A stretch of 64,000 nucleotides of DNA from Planctomycetota bacterium (lineage in GTDB: Bacteria > Planctomycetota > UBA1135 > UBA2386): NCBI GenBank assembly GCA_965223545.1, contig OZ245006.1, positions 6,464,001 to 6,528,000 on the forward strand. Direction: 5' to 3'. The notes beneath the pieces are model-generated. The model did no database searches, had not been told where the DNA came from, and saw only the letters and a list, made by a program, of their open reading frames with translations. Position 1 is the stretch's first letter. Every line of letters starts with the position of its first letter. Of the stretch, positions 20,142 through 30,696 are shown one piece after another. A program made the translations under genes and the position numbers.

Positions 20142-20795
20142 TCAGCGGACGGTCGGGACGCGCCACCCCTCGATCAAGTCGCGCTCCTGTGGCGAGTGCT
20201 TCTCGACCAAGTCGATGGCGCGGCTGCGCAGCGCGCGCACGTCCTGGACCGACAGCGGATCCGCGATCGTGGCCTCGACCGCGTCGGCGTCCGGGCCCTT
20301 GACGCCCAGCTTGACCGCACGCTTCACGGCGGCGTCGATCTGCGCCTGGCCGAGCTCTTCCGGGATGGCGGGGGGGCCGAAGAAGATCGGTGTGTCCACC
20401 AGGAAGAAGTCGCCCGGCACGATGGCGACCACCTTGCCCGACTCGAAGCCGACGTTGACCCGCTCGGCGGTCTGGCTTCCCACGTAGAGGACCGGCTCCT
20501 CGGTTTGCCGCGGAAAGACCAGGGCGGGATTGACCTCGAGAACGAGCAGCCAGCCGGACTTGTACAGCGGTGAGCCGACCCGGTAGTAGTGCGGTGCGGC
20601 CTTTTCGAGGTCGAACCGCTGGGCGGAGATCAGGGTGACCGGGCTCTTCTCGGGCTGGTCGGGGATCACCGGGATCGCCTGCGGCGCCGCGTCCTGGCAT
20701 TCGCCAGGACGGGCGGAACCGGCGATCGCGAGAGCACCCAGCAGGGCCGGGGCGAGACACAGCTTGACGCTGAGAACGTTGGATTCAGTGCTCAT
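20142..20795 (-). CDS. Exported hypothetical protein, probably co-transcribed with the upstream hydrolase
   Basis: 3-bp gap after the hydrolase stop; GGAGGT RBS; signal-like N-terminus. Confidence 0.7.
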   Translation of the reverse strand: MSTESNVLSVKLCLAPALLGALAIAGSARPGECQDAAPQAIPVIPDQPEKSPVTLISAQRFDLEKAAPHYYRVGSPLYKSGWLLVLEVNPALVFPRQTEEPVLYVGSQTAERVNVGFESGKVVAIVPGDFFLVDTPIFFGPPAIPEELGQAQIDAAVKRAVKLGVKGPDADAVEATIADPLSVQDVRALRSRAIDLVEKHSPQERDLIEGWRVPTVR

Positions 20796-20798
20796 GGT

Positions 20799-23195
20799 CT
20801 ACCTCCCCGTCAACTCGATTTCGTCGATGCCGATGCGGGCCTGCGCCGCGCCGAAGCTTGGACCGAACTGGAACGAGATCTTCTCGACGTCGGCCAGATC
20901 CACGCCGCTGCCCTGCGACAAGAAGTCGGTCAGGCGGATGCGCGTCGTTTCCAGATCGCTGTTCCAGCCGAGGCCGACCCCGCACAGGATGTTCGACCCG
21001 CAGATCACGGTTGGGCACGCGATGTTGCGCTGGTATGGCTCGGCAATGCCACCTCCGTAGGCGCCGATGTTGATCGTGGCGGAATTGCCGTTGCCGTCGA
21101 TCAGGGACACCGAGAAGGTGTCGTTGCCCATCTGCGCGTTGGTCAGCGAGTGGCGCGTGCCCTGCGCCGCGCGGAACTGCAAGAACGCGAACCCGCGCAG
21201 GTCGCGATCACCGGTGGGCAGCGTGTAGGTCAGGTCGTAGTCGCCCGCCCCATCCACGCTGAACACTGCGCCGTGCGTGCTGTCGCCCGCGAAGCGCGCC
21301 CCCTGGGTGACCGCGGCCATGGTGTAGCCGTTGAACGGGTCGCCCGGGTTGTCGGTGAAGTCGGTGTTGTTGTCGTCCAGCATCCCCTCGGTCAGATCGA
21401 GGAGGTTGGTGGTCACCGTTGCGCCGGAGCTGGCGAGCGCGGTCGACGGGTTGGTCTCGAAGTCGTCGACGACGCGGTTGGTCCCGCTGCGGACCTGATA
21501 CATCATCTGGTTGACGATGCAGGGGTCGGCCGGCGGAACGCCGATCGGGCGGAAGGACTCGTACTGGCGCCACAGGAAGTCGCGCGCCGGCACGTTGTCC
21601 TCGAGCACGTGCTTGACGAGCGGCAGGATGTAGCCCTTGAGCATCAGGTGCGTCGTCGCCTTGCCGATCAGGCACGGACCCACTGCGAAGCGGATCGTGT
21701 TCTGATTGTGGTAGTCGTCGTGGCCGACCCCTTGGCTCGACAGCGAGTAGCGGTCGCCCTCGGCGCGGTCGTGGATCTTGAACGACTGGGCGGTGGGGGC
21801 GTTGGCGCAGCCGTTGACGTCGCTGTCCGACTGGCCCACGAACAACGCGTACGGCACGCCGTGCGGCAGCGTTCTGTTCGAGCCGCCGAAGTCCACCGGC
21901 GCGAAGCTCATGATGAGCTTGACGTCGTCGATGGTGAAGTTGTTCACCGTGTGGGTGCCCGCGAACAGGTTGTGGTAGGCGCGCACGACACCATCACCGC
22001 CGCGGCTGTGGCCGATCCAGACGATGTTGGTGTTGTCGACGTTGCCGACCAGCACTCCGCCTGAGACCTGCGGCAGGAAGGTCCAGAACTCATCGGTGTT
22101 GGTGAGGGTCGTGACCGCGGCCGTGCCCGTTCCCGGTTGCGTGTTGTTCTGGTGGCTCATCACCACGTAGCCGTAGGACGCCAGGTGGAAGCCGAGGTGG
22201 TCGTACCACTGGTAGTTGTGACCATTCCCGTGCGAGATCACGATCAGCGGCCGCGGGCCTTGCTGGGCCGCGATGTTGGCGATGTCCGTCGGGTAGTAGA
22301 TGTCCTGGCGGCCGAACGAGATGCCGGTGTTGACGATCACCTCGGTCACCGCGTGCGGGCCGTCCAGCGTCAGGTCGTGCACGACGTAGAAGCCGGACTC
22401 GCTGTCGCTGTAGCCGTCGATCAGGTCGACCCCGGGGTCGAAGTTGCCGTTTTGGTCGAAGTCCAGCACGACGTCGTAGCCGACACCGAGGTCGTCGCCG
22501 GCGTCACCGCTGAGCGTGCCAGCGTCGAGGGCGAACGAGGTCGGCGTCGCGGTGAACGCCTGTTGGGTCGAGGCGCCACGCACGTCGACCAACGACGGAT
22601 CGGCGATCCACTCGGTGCGCGTCTTGCTCGCCACCACGTACACGTCCGCGGTCTGGCCGACGATGAACGGGTGGACGGTCGGATCGACGAGCGCGGAGAC
22701 GGTCGTGCCCGCGTTGAAAGCGGCGACGTGCTCGAAGTCCGGGTAGGCGGTGAGCGGGTTGCCGGCGATGTCGAGGTTGCGGTCGGCAAACGTGAAGTCG
22801 GCGCCGTTGCTGACGTCGATTCCGTTCGGCGCCGAGGCGTCGACCACCAGGGCCACGCCGTAGATCGTGGCGCCGGCAAAGCCGGGATCCGCGGGGAGCG
22901 GAACGGTGACCGACAGCATTCCCGATGCGTCGGTGTTGCCCAGCGGCAGAACGCCGAGGGCGGGAGTGAGGCCGATCGGGACCGAGACCCCGAGGATGGT
23001 GACGGGACCGTTGCTGATGTCGAGCAACAGGGTCACGGGGGCGTTCGGTGCACCGGTGACGGAGATCACGAGGTTGTCTCCCATCAACTTGGTGACCGAC
23101 ACCCGATCGTCGAAGCGCAGATCGGCGGCCGGCAGCGTCGCGCCGAGCAGCGTCGTGGCCAGCGCCGCGCCGCGAGCCCAGGACTTGTGTAGCAA
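20799..23195 (-). CDS. Secreted alpha/beta hydrolase (chlorophyllase-like) carrying the recurrent module at its N-terminus
   Basis: TTG start after AAGGAGA; 'PLIVISHGN', 'HLASYGYVV', elbow 'GHSRGG'. The longer 24923 ORF is spurious overlap. Confidence 0.8.
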   Translation of the reverse strand: MLHKSWARGAALATTLLGATLPAADLRFDDRVSVTKLMGDNLVISVTGAPNAPVTLLLDISNGPVTILGVSVPIGLTPALGVLPLGNTDASGMLSVTVPLPADPGFAGATIYGVALVVDASAPNGIDVSNGADFTFADRNLDIAGNPLTAYPDFEHVAAFNAGTTVSALVDPTVHPFIVGQTADVYVVASKTRTEWIADPSLVDVRGASTQQAFTATPTSFALDAGTLSGDAGDDLGVGYDVVLDFDQNGNFDPGVDLIDGYSDSESGFYVVHDLTLDGPHAVTEVIVNTGISFGRQDIYYPTDIANIAAQQGPRPLIVISHGNGHNYQWYDHLGFHLASYGYVVMSHQNNTQPGTGTAAVTTLTNTDEFWTFLPQVSGGVLVGNVDNTNIVWIGHSRGGDGVVRAYHNLFAGTHTVNNFTIDDVKLIMSFAPVDFGGSNRTLPHGVPYALFVGQSDSDVNGCANAPTAQSFKIHDRAEGDRYSLSSQGVGHDDYHNQNTIRFAVGPCLIGKATTHLMLKGYILPLVKHVLEDNVPARDFLWRQYESFRPIGVPPADPCIVNQMMYQVRSGTNRVVDDFETNPSTALASSGATVTTNLLDLTEGMLDDNNTDFTDNPGDPFNGYTMAAVTQGARFAGDSTHGAVFSVDGAGDYDLTYTLPTGDRDLRGFAFLQFRAAQGTRHSLTNAQMGNDTFSVSLIDGNGNSATINIGAYGGGIAEPYQRNIACPTVICGSNILCGVGLGWNSDLETTRIRLTDFLSQGSGVDLADVEKISFQFGPSFGAAQARIGIDEIELTGR

Positions 23196-23395
23196 GGTGT
23201 CTCCTTGGTATCGGATGGACGTGGTCGCAGAGGAGCGACCGAGGTTTCGCCAGCGTAGGGGAATCGCCCGCTGCGGCCAGCCCCTCGTGGACGTGGGAGT
23301 TGCGCCACGGTTTGCGGCTGCGCCGGCCGCTAGGTGCGGTGGCAGCGGCGATTCGCCAAGTTCGTGCCCCGAGTGTGTCCGGCGGTCGCCGGCGA

Positions 23396-25375
23396 TCACG
23401 TGCCGGGGCGCAGCTCGATTGCGGTGGTCAGGCCCAACGCGCCGCCCGAGCTGGCGCCGAGATCGACGACCGCGCCCTGCGCGAAGACCGAGGCGTTGCT
23501 GGGCAGCGGAGTTGCGGGGACCTGCACGGACACGGCGGCGGGGGCTCCGGTCCACGGCGGGCCCGCGATCGGTTGCCATACAGACGGCACCGTCATGGAC
23601 AACAACAGCTCGCCGGCCGCGCCGGCACCGGCCATGCCCCAACCGGGCAGCAGCGTTCCGCACGGAAAGCGCGGGTCCGGTGTGGGTGCCAGCACGAGGA
23701 CCGTCGCCGATCCGGCCGACTGAGTGCCGAGCGGGTTGTCGATTCCCAAGCTCACGGTGCCACCCGGAACGGGTTGGCCGGACAAGATGGTGAGACTGCC
23801 GCTCGGGTTGACGCCGCAGCCGAACGCGACGACGCGCGCGGCCGGTGGCTCGACCGAGAACGGGTTGCCGATGGCCACCGCGCGACCCGCGGCGGTCGCC
23901 GCGGTGATGCGGACCACGCAGGCGGCCGAGGAGATCCCGCGCGGCACGACCAGCTGGTGGCGTCCGTTGTTGGGCAGCGCCGTCGCCAGCGTGGACCAGG
24001 GGCCCGTGGGGCCGGTCGTCGACAGCTCGAGATCGATGGTCGCCACCTGCCCCGCTGGCACGGCGCAGGTCCAATCGATGAACCGCACCTGGCCGCCGAG
24101 CCACACCCGGCCGTTGGTGGGCGCGGTCACGTGGGGACGCAGCGCGGTGGCCACCGAGCTCTCGGCGAAGATGCGCAATCGGTTGCGCGACGAGCCGAAC
24201 AGGCCGCCGGTGCCCTCGTCCTGGACCACCGCGAAGTCGGCGAATCCGTTGTGATCGAGGTCGACGCCGCCGCGCAGTGCCTCGCCGCGGCGCACCGCGG
24301 CGGTGCCCACCGGGGTTTCGGTGCGCAGGCTCCACGTGTTCCCGGGTTGCCAGGAGAACAGGCGGACCATGCCGTTGGCGAAGCCGAGTAGGTCGGCGTT
24401 GCCGTCGTTGTCCATGTCCACCAGCTCGCTGACCGAGTAGGTCCCGCTGGAGGGCAGGTTGCCGGTGAGCCGGACCCAACGGTTGTTCGGCGCCCAGCTC
24501 CAGACCTCGAGGCCGCCGCTGCCGCTGCGAAACGCGAGCTCGTCGGTGCCGTCGCCGTCGACGTCGCCGGCGGCCGCGGCGCGCCACGCGCTCGCCGGGA
24601 GGTTGCCCGTGGCAGCGCGGAAACCGCCCGATCCGTCGCCGAGATGGACCGCGGCGCTCTGGTGGCCGGCGACGAAGTCGAGGTGTCCGTCGCCGTTGAA
24701 GTCGGCGAACTGGAAGGTCATGTCGGAGTTTCCGCCGAGGAAGCCGAACGTCTGCGTCCACGTGCCGTCGCCCTCGTTGCGGTACACGTGCACGCCGGCG
24801 CAGCAGCCAAAGGACACCGAGCCGACATCGAGGTCGCCGTCGCCGTCGATGTCGCCGAAGTCGGTACCGAACATCCCCCAGGTCTCGCCGTTGGTGGCGA
24901 GGCCGTCGTCCCAGGGTGTCCATGCCGTTCCCGACCCATCGCCGGTGGCGACCTCGAGCAGCTGGTCGCCGAGGTCGTTGCGGGAGTAGTTGTGGTGGAT
25001 GCCGTAGCCGACATCCATGACTCCGTCGCCGTTCGCATCACCGAGCGCGAGACCGCCGTAGCCGAATCTGCCGGTCTGCACCAGCGTCCAGCCACCGGCG
25101 CCGTCCCCGAGCCACGCCGTGATGCCGTGCATCTGGGTGTTGATGAACGGCGAGCCGTGGTCGCCGACCGTGACCACGTCCGCGTGACCGTCGCCGTTGA
25201 GGTCGCCGAGCTCGAGCTCGGTGCGGCCGCCGTCCCAGCGCAACCCGGCGGCAGTGCCGGTGATCTCGGTGTAGGTCGGTTGCGCTGTTCCATCCGGGGC
25301 GAGACCGGTGGCGAGCATCGCGGTGAGGAGCACCGTCGCGCTTCCGGGTCGGGTTCGTCTACAGGTTTCGCACAC
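23396..25375 (-). CDS. FG-GAP/VCBS repeat secreted protein with C-terminal module
   Basis: About seven 'GD.NGDG..D' Ca-binding repeats; tail 'FGCG...PVPGG...FAQGAVVD...GLTTAIEL'. Confidence 0.85.
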   Translation of the reverse strand: MCETCRRTRPGSATVLLTAMLATGLAPDGTAQPTYTEITGTAAGLRWDGGRTELELGDLNGDGHADVVTVGDHGSPFINTQMHGITAWLGDGAGGWTLVQTGRFGYGGLALGDANGDGVMDVGYGIHHNYSRNDLGDQLLEVATGDGSGTAWTPWDDGLATNGETWGMFGTDFGDIDGDGDLDVGSVSFGCCAGVHVYRNEGDGTWTQTFGFLGGNSDMTFQFADFNGDGHLDFVAGHQSAAVHLGDGSGGFRAATGNLPASAWRAAAAGDVDGDGTDELAFRSGSGGLEVWSWAPNNRWVRLTGNLPSSGTYSVSELVDMDNDGNADLLGFANGMVRLFSWQPGNTWSLRTETPVGTAAVRRGEALRGGVDLDHNGFADFAVVQDEGTGGLFGSSRNRLRIFAESSVATALRPHVTAPTNGRVWLGGQVRFIDWTCAVPAGQVATIDLELSTTGPTGPWSTLATALPNNGRHQLVVPRGISSAACVVRITAATAAGRAVAIGNPFSVEPPAARVVAFGCGVNPSGSLTILSGQPVPGGTVSLGIDNPLGTQSAGSATVLVLAPTPDPRFPCGTLLPGWGMAGAGAAGELLLSMTVPSVWQPIAGPPWTGAPAAVSVQVPATPLPSNASVFAQGAVVDLGASSGGALGLTTAIELRPGT

Positions 25376-26702
25376 GCCAGTTCCTCAGCTCGATGGGAAG
25401 AGAGTGATCCTGGAAACCGATGGCTCCGGAGCGCGGCCGGTCGGCGATGGGTTTGGCGTCCAGGCGCATGTCCTGCACCAGCCGGCCGTTCAAGGTCACG
25501 CGGAACGAGTCGGCCTCGCAGAGCACGTGCATGTGGTTCCACTGCCCCGCCGGCCGCGACGCATTGGTCGTCGGCGGGCCGCCCGGGATGATCCCGCCGG
25601 CATCGTGGTCGGTGAGTCGCTCTCGGTCGGGCGGCGTCGCGAAGATCTGCACTTCGATGCCGGTGGCGACCGGGCGATCCCGGTCGCCGACGTGGAAGTA
25701 GAAGCCGCTGTTGCCGCGTTCTTGCAGGCGGTACTCGAACTCGGTTTCGAACTCCGCGTACTCGCCCTCCAGCCACAGGTAGTGGTCGAAGCGCCGCCAT
25801 CCACTCTCACCCTCGCGCGGTACCAGCGCCGCGGTGCCCTCGGCCAGCTGCCAATGACCCCGAGTCGCGCAGTGAGTGGACAGCGATTCCGCCGTCAAAG
25901 GGGCAAGCCAGGCGCCGGGCGCGTCGAGCTCGAGCAGCTCCACGCGGCGGAACTGGACGGGATGGCTCTCCGACTGCAGGGAGATCGTCCCGCGGCGGAG
26001 CATGCGGTCGCGGCCGTCGGCCAGCAGGCGCTGGGCGTCGGCGTCGCCCGGATCGAGTTGGGGGTTGTCGTAGACCAACACCGTGTCGCCGAACACGAGG
26101 TGGCGGATCGTGTCGCCGCGCACGTCGATCTCGGCCGTCACCCAGTCGTCGCCCCGGAACGTCGCCGAGGACGAATCGAGACAGTGCGGCGTCCACAGCG
26201 CACCGTCGCGGACCACGTGGGTGCCGGGGGTGCAGAGGTTGGCGGTCGGCCGCTCGCCCTCGGCGCGTCCGCCGAGCAGCTGCACCTCGATCGATGCAGG
26301 GAACTCCTGGTCCACGGCCATCGACGCCGGCGTTTGGCCGTGCACCATCACGCCGCTGTTGCGGAACGCCCAGCCCGGCCCGCCCTCGACCTGGTCGCCG
26401 GTGAAGCGGTACTCGACCCGCAGCCGGTAGTGGTCGAGCTCGGTCTCGTAGAAGAGGTGGCCAAAGCGACCGTCGAACTGCTCGTAGGCGTCGTAGGCCA
26501 CGGTGAGCAGCCCGTCGACGACGCGGAAGGTATCGCCGAAGTTCTCACCGACCGGATGGCCGGTGATCTTGGCAGTCCAGCCGGTGAGGTCGCGGCCGTT
26601 GAACAACGGGCGCCAGGAGTTGGCTTCCTGGGTCGGGGTGGGTGATAGGGCGGTGGCGATGACCAGAACGGAGATCGAGGCCGTGCGGACCCGTCGTGTC
26701 AT
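25359..26702 (-). CDS. Tandem DUF1080 (3-keto-disaccharide hydrolase) protein
   Basis: 'LFNGRDLTGW', 'NSGV', 'IEVQ', 'GTISLQSE'; second copy 'GNSGFY...IEVQI...WNHM...GAIGFQDH'. Confidence 0.88.
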   Translation of the reverse strand: MTRRVRTASISVLVIATALSPTPTQEANSWRPLFNGRDLTGWTAKITGHPVGENFGDTFRVVDGLLTVAYDAYEQFDGRFGHLFYETELDHYRLRVEYRFTGDQVEGGPGWAFRNSGVMVHGQTPASMAVDQEFPASIEVQLLGGRAEGERPTANLCTPGTHVVRDGALWTPHCLDSSSATFRGDDWVTAEIDVRGDTIRHLVFGDTVLVYDNPQLDPGDADAQRLLADGRDRMLRRGTISLQSESHPVQFRRVELLELDAPGAWLAPLTAESLSTHCATRGHWQLAEGTAALVPREGESGWRRFDHYLWLEGEYAEFETEFEYRLQERGNSGFYFHVGDRDRPVATGIEVQIFATPPDRERLTDHDAGGIIPGGPPTTNASRPAGQWNHMHVLCEADSFRVTLNGRLVQDMRLDAKPIADRPRSGAIGFQDHSLPIELRNWRVRNL

Positions 26703-26771
26703 GAACTCCAGGCTACCCGACTCCGGAAGCGTTGCGACCCGCCGCCCTCGGCCGGGCGGAACGGGCGAGCT

Positions 26772-29024
26772 TCAGTGTGGACCGATCGTCAAAGCGAGCG
26801 CGTGCGTGCTGAGGACGCCCGCGGGGTTGGCGATGGGTACCAACTCGAACGCCTGCGCGTAGACCGTCGCTCCGACGAGGCTGGCGCTGGCCGGCAGGGG
26901 CGCGCCCCACAGAGCGCGTCCGTTGGCGCTGGCGAACCCGACGGCCGTCTCGGCGCTGTGGTAGAGCCAGCATCCCGGCATGCCGGCGAAGCCGAGGGCG
27001 AGTGGCAAGGGGACAGTGCCGAGAAGGCGGCTCGAGAGTCCCAGCGCGATGGCGCCGGTGGAGACTCCGGATTGCAGCGAGGTCAACGCGAGGACGAGCG
27101 TCTCGCCGATTGCCGGAACTTGCGGACTTGGCACCTCGATGCGCGGCGCGCGTCCGAGGACTCCGCAGCCGGCGCCAAACGGTGCGACGGCTCCTCCGCG
27201 GTAGACCCAGGTGTCGTTGAGCTCGCCCTCGGGCTCCCCGCTGTGTCCGCCGCACATCACGATCTGGCCAGTGCCGTTGCTGGAAGCCGCGGCGTGGTCG
27301 CGCCGCGGACCGACGCCGAGGCGCAAGGCCATCCGCGTCCACGTCGAGCCGTCCAGCTCCCAGACGTCGCCGAGGGGGGCTCCGCCGGCTTCGCCAAAGG
27401 CGAGAACGATCCGGCCGCGACCGTAGTCGTAGGTCAGGCTGTGTCCGGCACGCGCCGGAGGTGTGACGGGGGAGAGGACGCTGAGCCAGGTCGTGCCATT
27501 CCACTCCCACGTGTCGCTGAGCCAGCGCGTCGCGGTCCGCCCGCCGAACAGCACGACGCGCCCGCGCAGGGGATCGGAGACCATGGCGTGGCCGACGCGT
27601 CCCGCCGGCGCGTTGGCGGGCTGCAGCGCGGTCCAGGCAGTGCCGTCATAGGCCCAGGTGTCGCCGATCAGGCCGTTGTCTCCACCGAACAGGAGCAGCC
27701 GCTGGCCGACGGGTTCGTGAGCCATCGCCGCTTGCGCTCTCGGCGATGGGCTGGTTGCGGTCACGATTGCGCGCCAGTTGGTGCCATCCCATTCCCAGGT
27801 GTCGTTCTGCAGCCCACCGCGGACCGAGCCCCCGAACACGACCACTCGATCGCGGGTGAAGTCGGTGGCCATGGCGTGACCGAAGCGCGCCGCCGGTCGG
27901 CTTGCCGGCTGCGCCAGCGACCAGGCGCGGTCGCGCCAGATCCAGGTGTCGTCGTAGCGCACAAAGCGCGCCCCAGTGACGTTGTAGTGTTGCCCGCCGA
28001 ACAGAATGGCGTCGCCGCCCGCGGTCGCTGCCATCGCCGCCATCGCTACTCCGTCGCCGGGCAGCATCTGGAGTCCCGATGGGGGGGCGCTGGCGCGGCT
28101 CCAGTTGGTGCCGTCCCAATCCCAAGTCTCATTCGACTTGATCAGGTTGCCATCGAGCCCGCCGAAGAGAACGACTCGGCCCCGAACCTCATCGTAGGCG
28201 AGGGCTGCGCTGGTCAGAGCCGGTGGTCGATTCGCCGTCGTGCGCAGGGACCACTGGCTGCCGTTCCACTCCCAGGTGTCGCCGAGCGGAGTCGACGTGC
28301 CGCCACCGCCGTAGACCACGACGCGCTGGCGCCGGCGGTCGTAGGCGATCCCATGTCCGCTGCGGGGAGCAGAGGCCGGCGCCGATGCGCGTTGGCTCCA
28401 GGTCGTACCGTCCCACTCCCATGTCTGTCGCTGGCCGAACAGCACGACTCGCTGTCGCGCGGCGTCGTAGGCCATGGCGTGCTTGCGCATCGCCGGCGGG
28501 CTCACGGTGGGGATGTGCTGAGTCCATTGCGCCCCGTCCCACTCCCACGTGTCGGCGAGCGGCGAGAACCAGTTGCCGCCGAACAGCACCGTCCGTCCCC
28601 GTGCCTCGTCGAAAGCCATCGCGTGCTCCTGGCGCTGCTCCGGCGTCGTGGCCGGAGACTTTCTCTCCCAGGCGAGGCCATCCCATTCCCAGGTCTCAGT
28701 GGAACCGACGGTCCCGCCGAACAGGACCAGCCGCCCGCGGTTCCGGTCGTAGGCGATGGCCGGTTCGCGGCGTGGCCTCGGGCTGCCCGCCGCATCGGCG
28801 AGGCGCATCCAGCGTCGACCGCTCCACTCCCAGACATCGCCGAGATCGAAGCCGGAGCGAGCGTGCCCACCGAACACGATCGCTCGGCCGCGGTTGCTGT
28901 CGTAAGCCATGGCGTGCAGCCAGCGGCCCTCGATCGACAGGCCATGGTCCCATGTCGTTTGACTAACGACGCTCGCGGCGCAGAGCAAGAACGCCGCGAG
29001 GTCCCGAATCCTCGCGCAGGTCAT
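26772..29024 (-). CDS. Kelch-like repeat secreted protein with C-terminal module
   Basis: About 12 repeats 'R..HAMAYD..R.R.VLFGG....DTWEWDG..W'; tail 'FGAGC...GMPGCWL...YAQA...NPAGV'. Confidence 0.85.
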   Translation of the reverse strand: MTCARIRDLAAFLLCAASVVSQTTWDHGLSIEGRWLHAMAYDSNRGRAIVFGGHARSGFDLGDVWEWSGRRWMRLADAAGSPRPRREPAIAYDRNRGRLVLFGGTVGSTETWEWDGLAWERKSPATTPEQRQEHAMAFDEARGRTVLFGGNWFSPLADTWEWDGAQWTQHIPTVSPPAMRKHAMAYDAARQRVVLFGQRQTWEWDGTTWSQRASAPASAPRSGHGIAYDRRRQRVVVYGGGGTSTPLGDTWEWNGSQWSLRTTANRPPALTSAALAYDEVRGRVVLFGGLDGNLIKSNETWDWDGTNWSRASAPPSGLQMLPGDGVAMAAMAATAGGDAILFGGQHYNVTGARFVRYDDTWIWRDRAWSLAQPASRPAARFGHAMATDFTRDRVVVFGGSVRGGLQNDTWEWDGTNWRAIVTATSPSPRAQAAMAHEPVGQRLLLFGGDNGLIGDTWAYDGTAWTALQPANAPAGRVGHAMVSDPLRGRVVLFGGRTATRWLSDTWEWNGTTWLSVLSPVTPPARAGHSLTYDYGRGRIVLAFGEAGGAPLGDVWELDGSTWTRMALRLGVGPRRDHAAASSNGTGQIVMCGGHSGEPEGELNDTWVYRGGAVAPFGAGCGVLGRAPRIEVPSPQVPAIGETLVLALTSLQSGVSTGAIALGLSSRLLGTVPLPLALGFAGMPGCWLYHSAETAVGFASANGRALWGAPLPASASLVGATVYAQAFELVPIANPAGVLSTHALALTIGPH

Positions 29025-29106
29025 GTGGGGACTATAGCGCTCAGCGCCCGGCAGGTGCGTGCACCTCGGAGATCGAGGAGCATGTACCGAAGACGCCGAG
29101 ACGGCG

Positions 29107-29995
29107 TCACGGCAGCAACAGGCGCAACCGCCCGACACGGAGTGCTCGAACGCGCGCTTCGGGTCGACCCAGGGGCCACGGCCCCGCCGAGCGGAGCTCG
29201 AGGGTCTCCTGCATCGAACCTGCAGAGATGCGGTAGTGTTGCCAGTGCTCGCGGCCGAAGTAGTCGAACCAGGAGCCGTCGTCTTCTCGAGCGCTGTCAG
29301 CTCGCGGCACTTCGTTGAAGCAATAGATGATGGCGAGGTAGCACCAGAAGACCGCCCAGGGAGCGAGGGGCAGACAGAAGTGCGCGGCAAGCGACATGAC
29401 GCCCGATCCGATCCAGGCCTCGGTGTAGCGCCGTGGCGACCCGAGGATCAGGCGCAAGCTGGCGACGACATCGAAGGCCGAGACGGTGCGCCGGGTCTGT
29501 GAAAACCCTGAGGAAACCAGCGGGGATCGCGAACGTGGTCGCTGCGAACAACACTCCGAGCAGGGCGAGTTCGGTGTGTAGGCCTTCGACGTCGACTCCC
29601 CAGCGCAGCCAGCCGAGCCACAGTGGGACGATGAGCGTGGAGAAGATGGGGAACGCCAAGAAGAACAGCAGCACCCAGGCCCACGGCACCAGGGGCCACA
29701 GCTCCAGTTCGCGAGTGCGCAGTGCGAGCCACAGGTAGAGCGGGGCGAAGTAGCCGTGGATCACACCCATGGCAGCCAAGCCGTGCCGCAGTGCGCGTCC
29801 GTGATTGCCGTGCCAGTCGGGAAGGAGCGGTCGGCTGCCGTCCAGCAAGTGCTCGACGAACAGGCGGCGGTAGCCGAGCGCCAAGGGCCAACCGACGAAG
29901 GGGATCGCGAGCAGGAGGCCGCCGCGGAAGATGCGCCGCCGCCAGGCCGGGTCTGCAGTACAGGCAAGGGCCGCGGATCGCCAGTCCAGCGCCAT
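29107..29995 (-). pseudogene. DUF4013-like membrane protein split by a 1-nt frameshift near 29503
   Basis: 'IPFVGWPLALGY...LPDW' N-terminus. Removing one T from AGGGTTTTCA (- strand) joins it to '...SQTRRTVSAFDVVASLRLIL...' ending at 29107. Could be a sequencing error. Confidence 0.65.
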
Positions 29996-30516
29996 CACGT
30001 CGTCGATCCGCGCAGGCGGAGCGCGGCCCGTGCGTCGCCGATCCCGCTGCAGAGAACACCCGCCGACATGATGGCCAACGTCACTTGCACGGGCCAGGCC
30101 ACCGCGGGTTCGTAGATCCACGCGGTCTCGTGCTCCAGCCACGGCAGCCCGGCGATGCAGTAGCAGGCGACGAAGGCGCCGAACAGCATCGCGATGATGC
30201 TGTGGAGCACGTACTCGCCAGTCGGGAGGCCTCCCATTGGCGCCCGGCTCCGGCGCTCCACCGCGAAATCCCAGATGGAGATCGCGACGTCGAAGGCGAG
30301 GACCCCGAGCATGAACACGAACCACGCGCCGTGCGCGGCGAAGTTTGGCACGACGGCAAAGAGGATCGCGTAGGTCGGGCCGCGCAGGGCGTGGGTGATC
30401 AGCTCGTGCCGCGCCGATGGCTGGCGGCGCAGATCGTGGGTGCGGGTGTGGAAGAGCGCGATGTCGAGTGCCCCCAGGAGTCCGACCAGCAGGAGCAGGT
30501 AGGTTGCCGCAGCCAC
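29995..30516 (-). CDS. Hypothetical integral membrane protein
   Basis: 173 aa, 4-5 transmembrane helices, His-rich motifs; stop overlaps the next start (TGATG). Confidence 0.7.
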   Translation of the reverse strand: MAAATYLLLLVGLLGALDIALFHTRTHDLRRQPSARHELITHALRGPTYAILFAVVPNFAAHGAWFVFMLGVLAFDVAISIWDFAVERRSRAPMGGLPTGEYVLHSIIAMLFGAFVACYCIAGLPWLEHETAWIYEPAVAWPVQVTLAIMSAGVLCSGIGDARAALRLRGSTT

Positions 30517-30696
30517 GGCGGGATGATGCCACCACGGCGCGTTGGGTGCACCCGTCCACCGATCGAAGCAGAACGAGAGATCGAGGCCGGCGCGGACGCT
30601 CTCGACCTCGGAGCGGTGAAGACGCTACTACGGGGGTTGCTCGCCCGCCCACCGTTGCCTGTGATGGGCGTGGCGCCCGTCTGCCTTCGGGTCCTG

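Noticed and set aside
23289..23314. ECF-type promoter (AAAC-N16-CGTC, - strand) upstream of the hydrolase
   Set aside because: The pattern is too short to be significant without TSS data or recurrence.
29500..29510. GGGTTTT as a programmed -1 ribosomal frameshift site
   Set aside because: The heptamer is not in the X XXY YYZ phase, and the gene needs a +1 shift.
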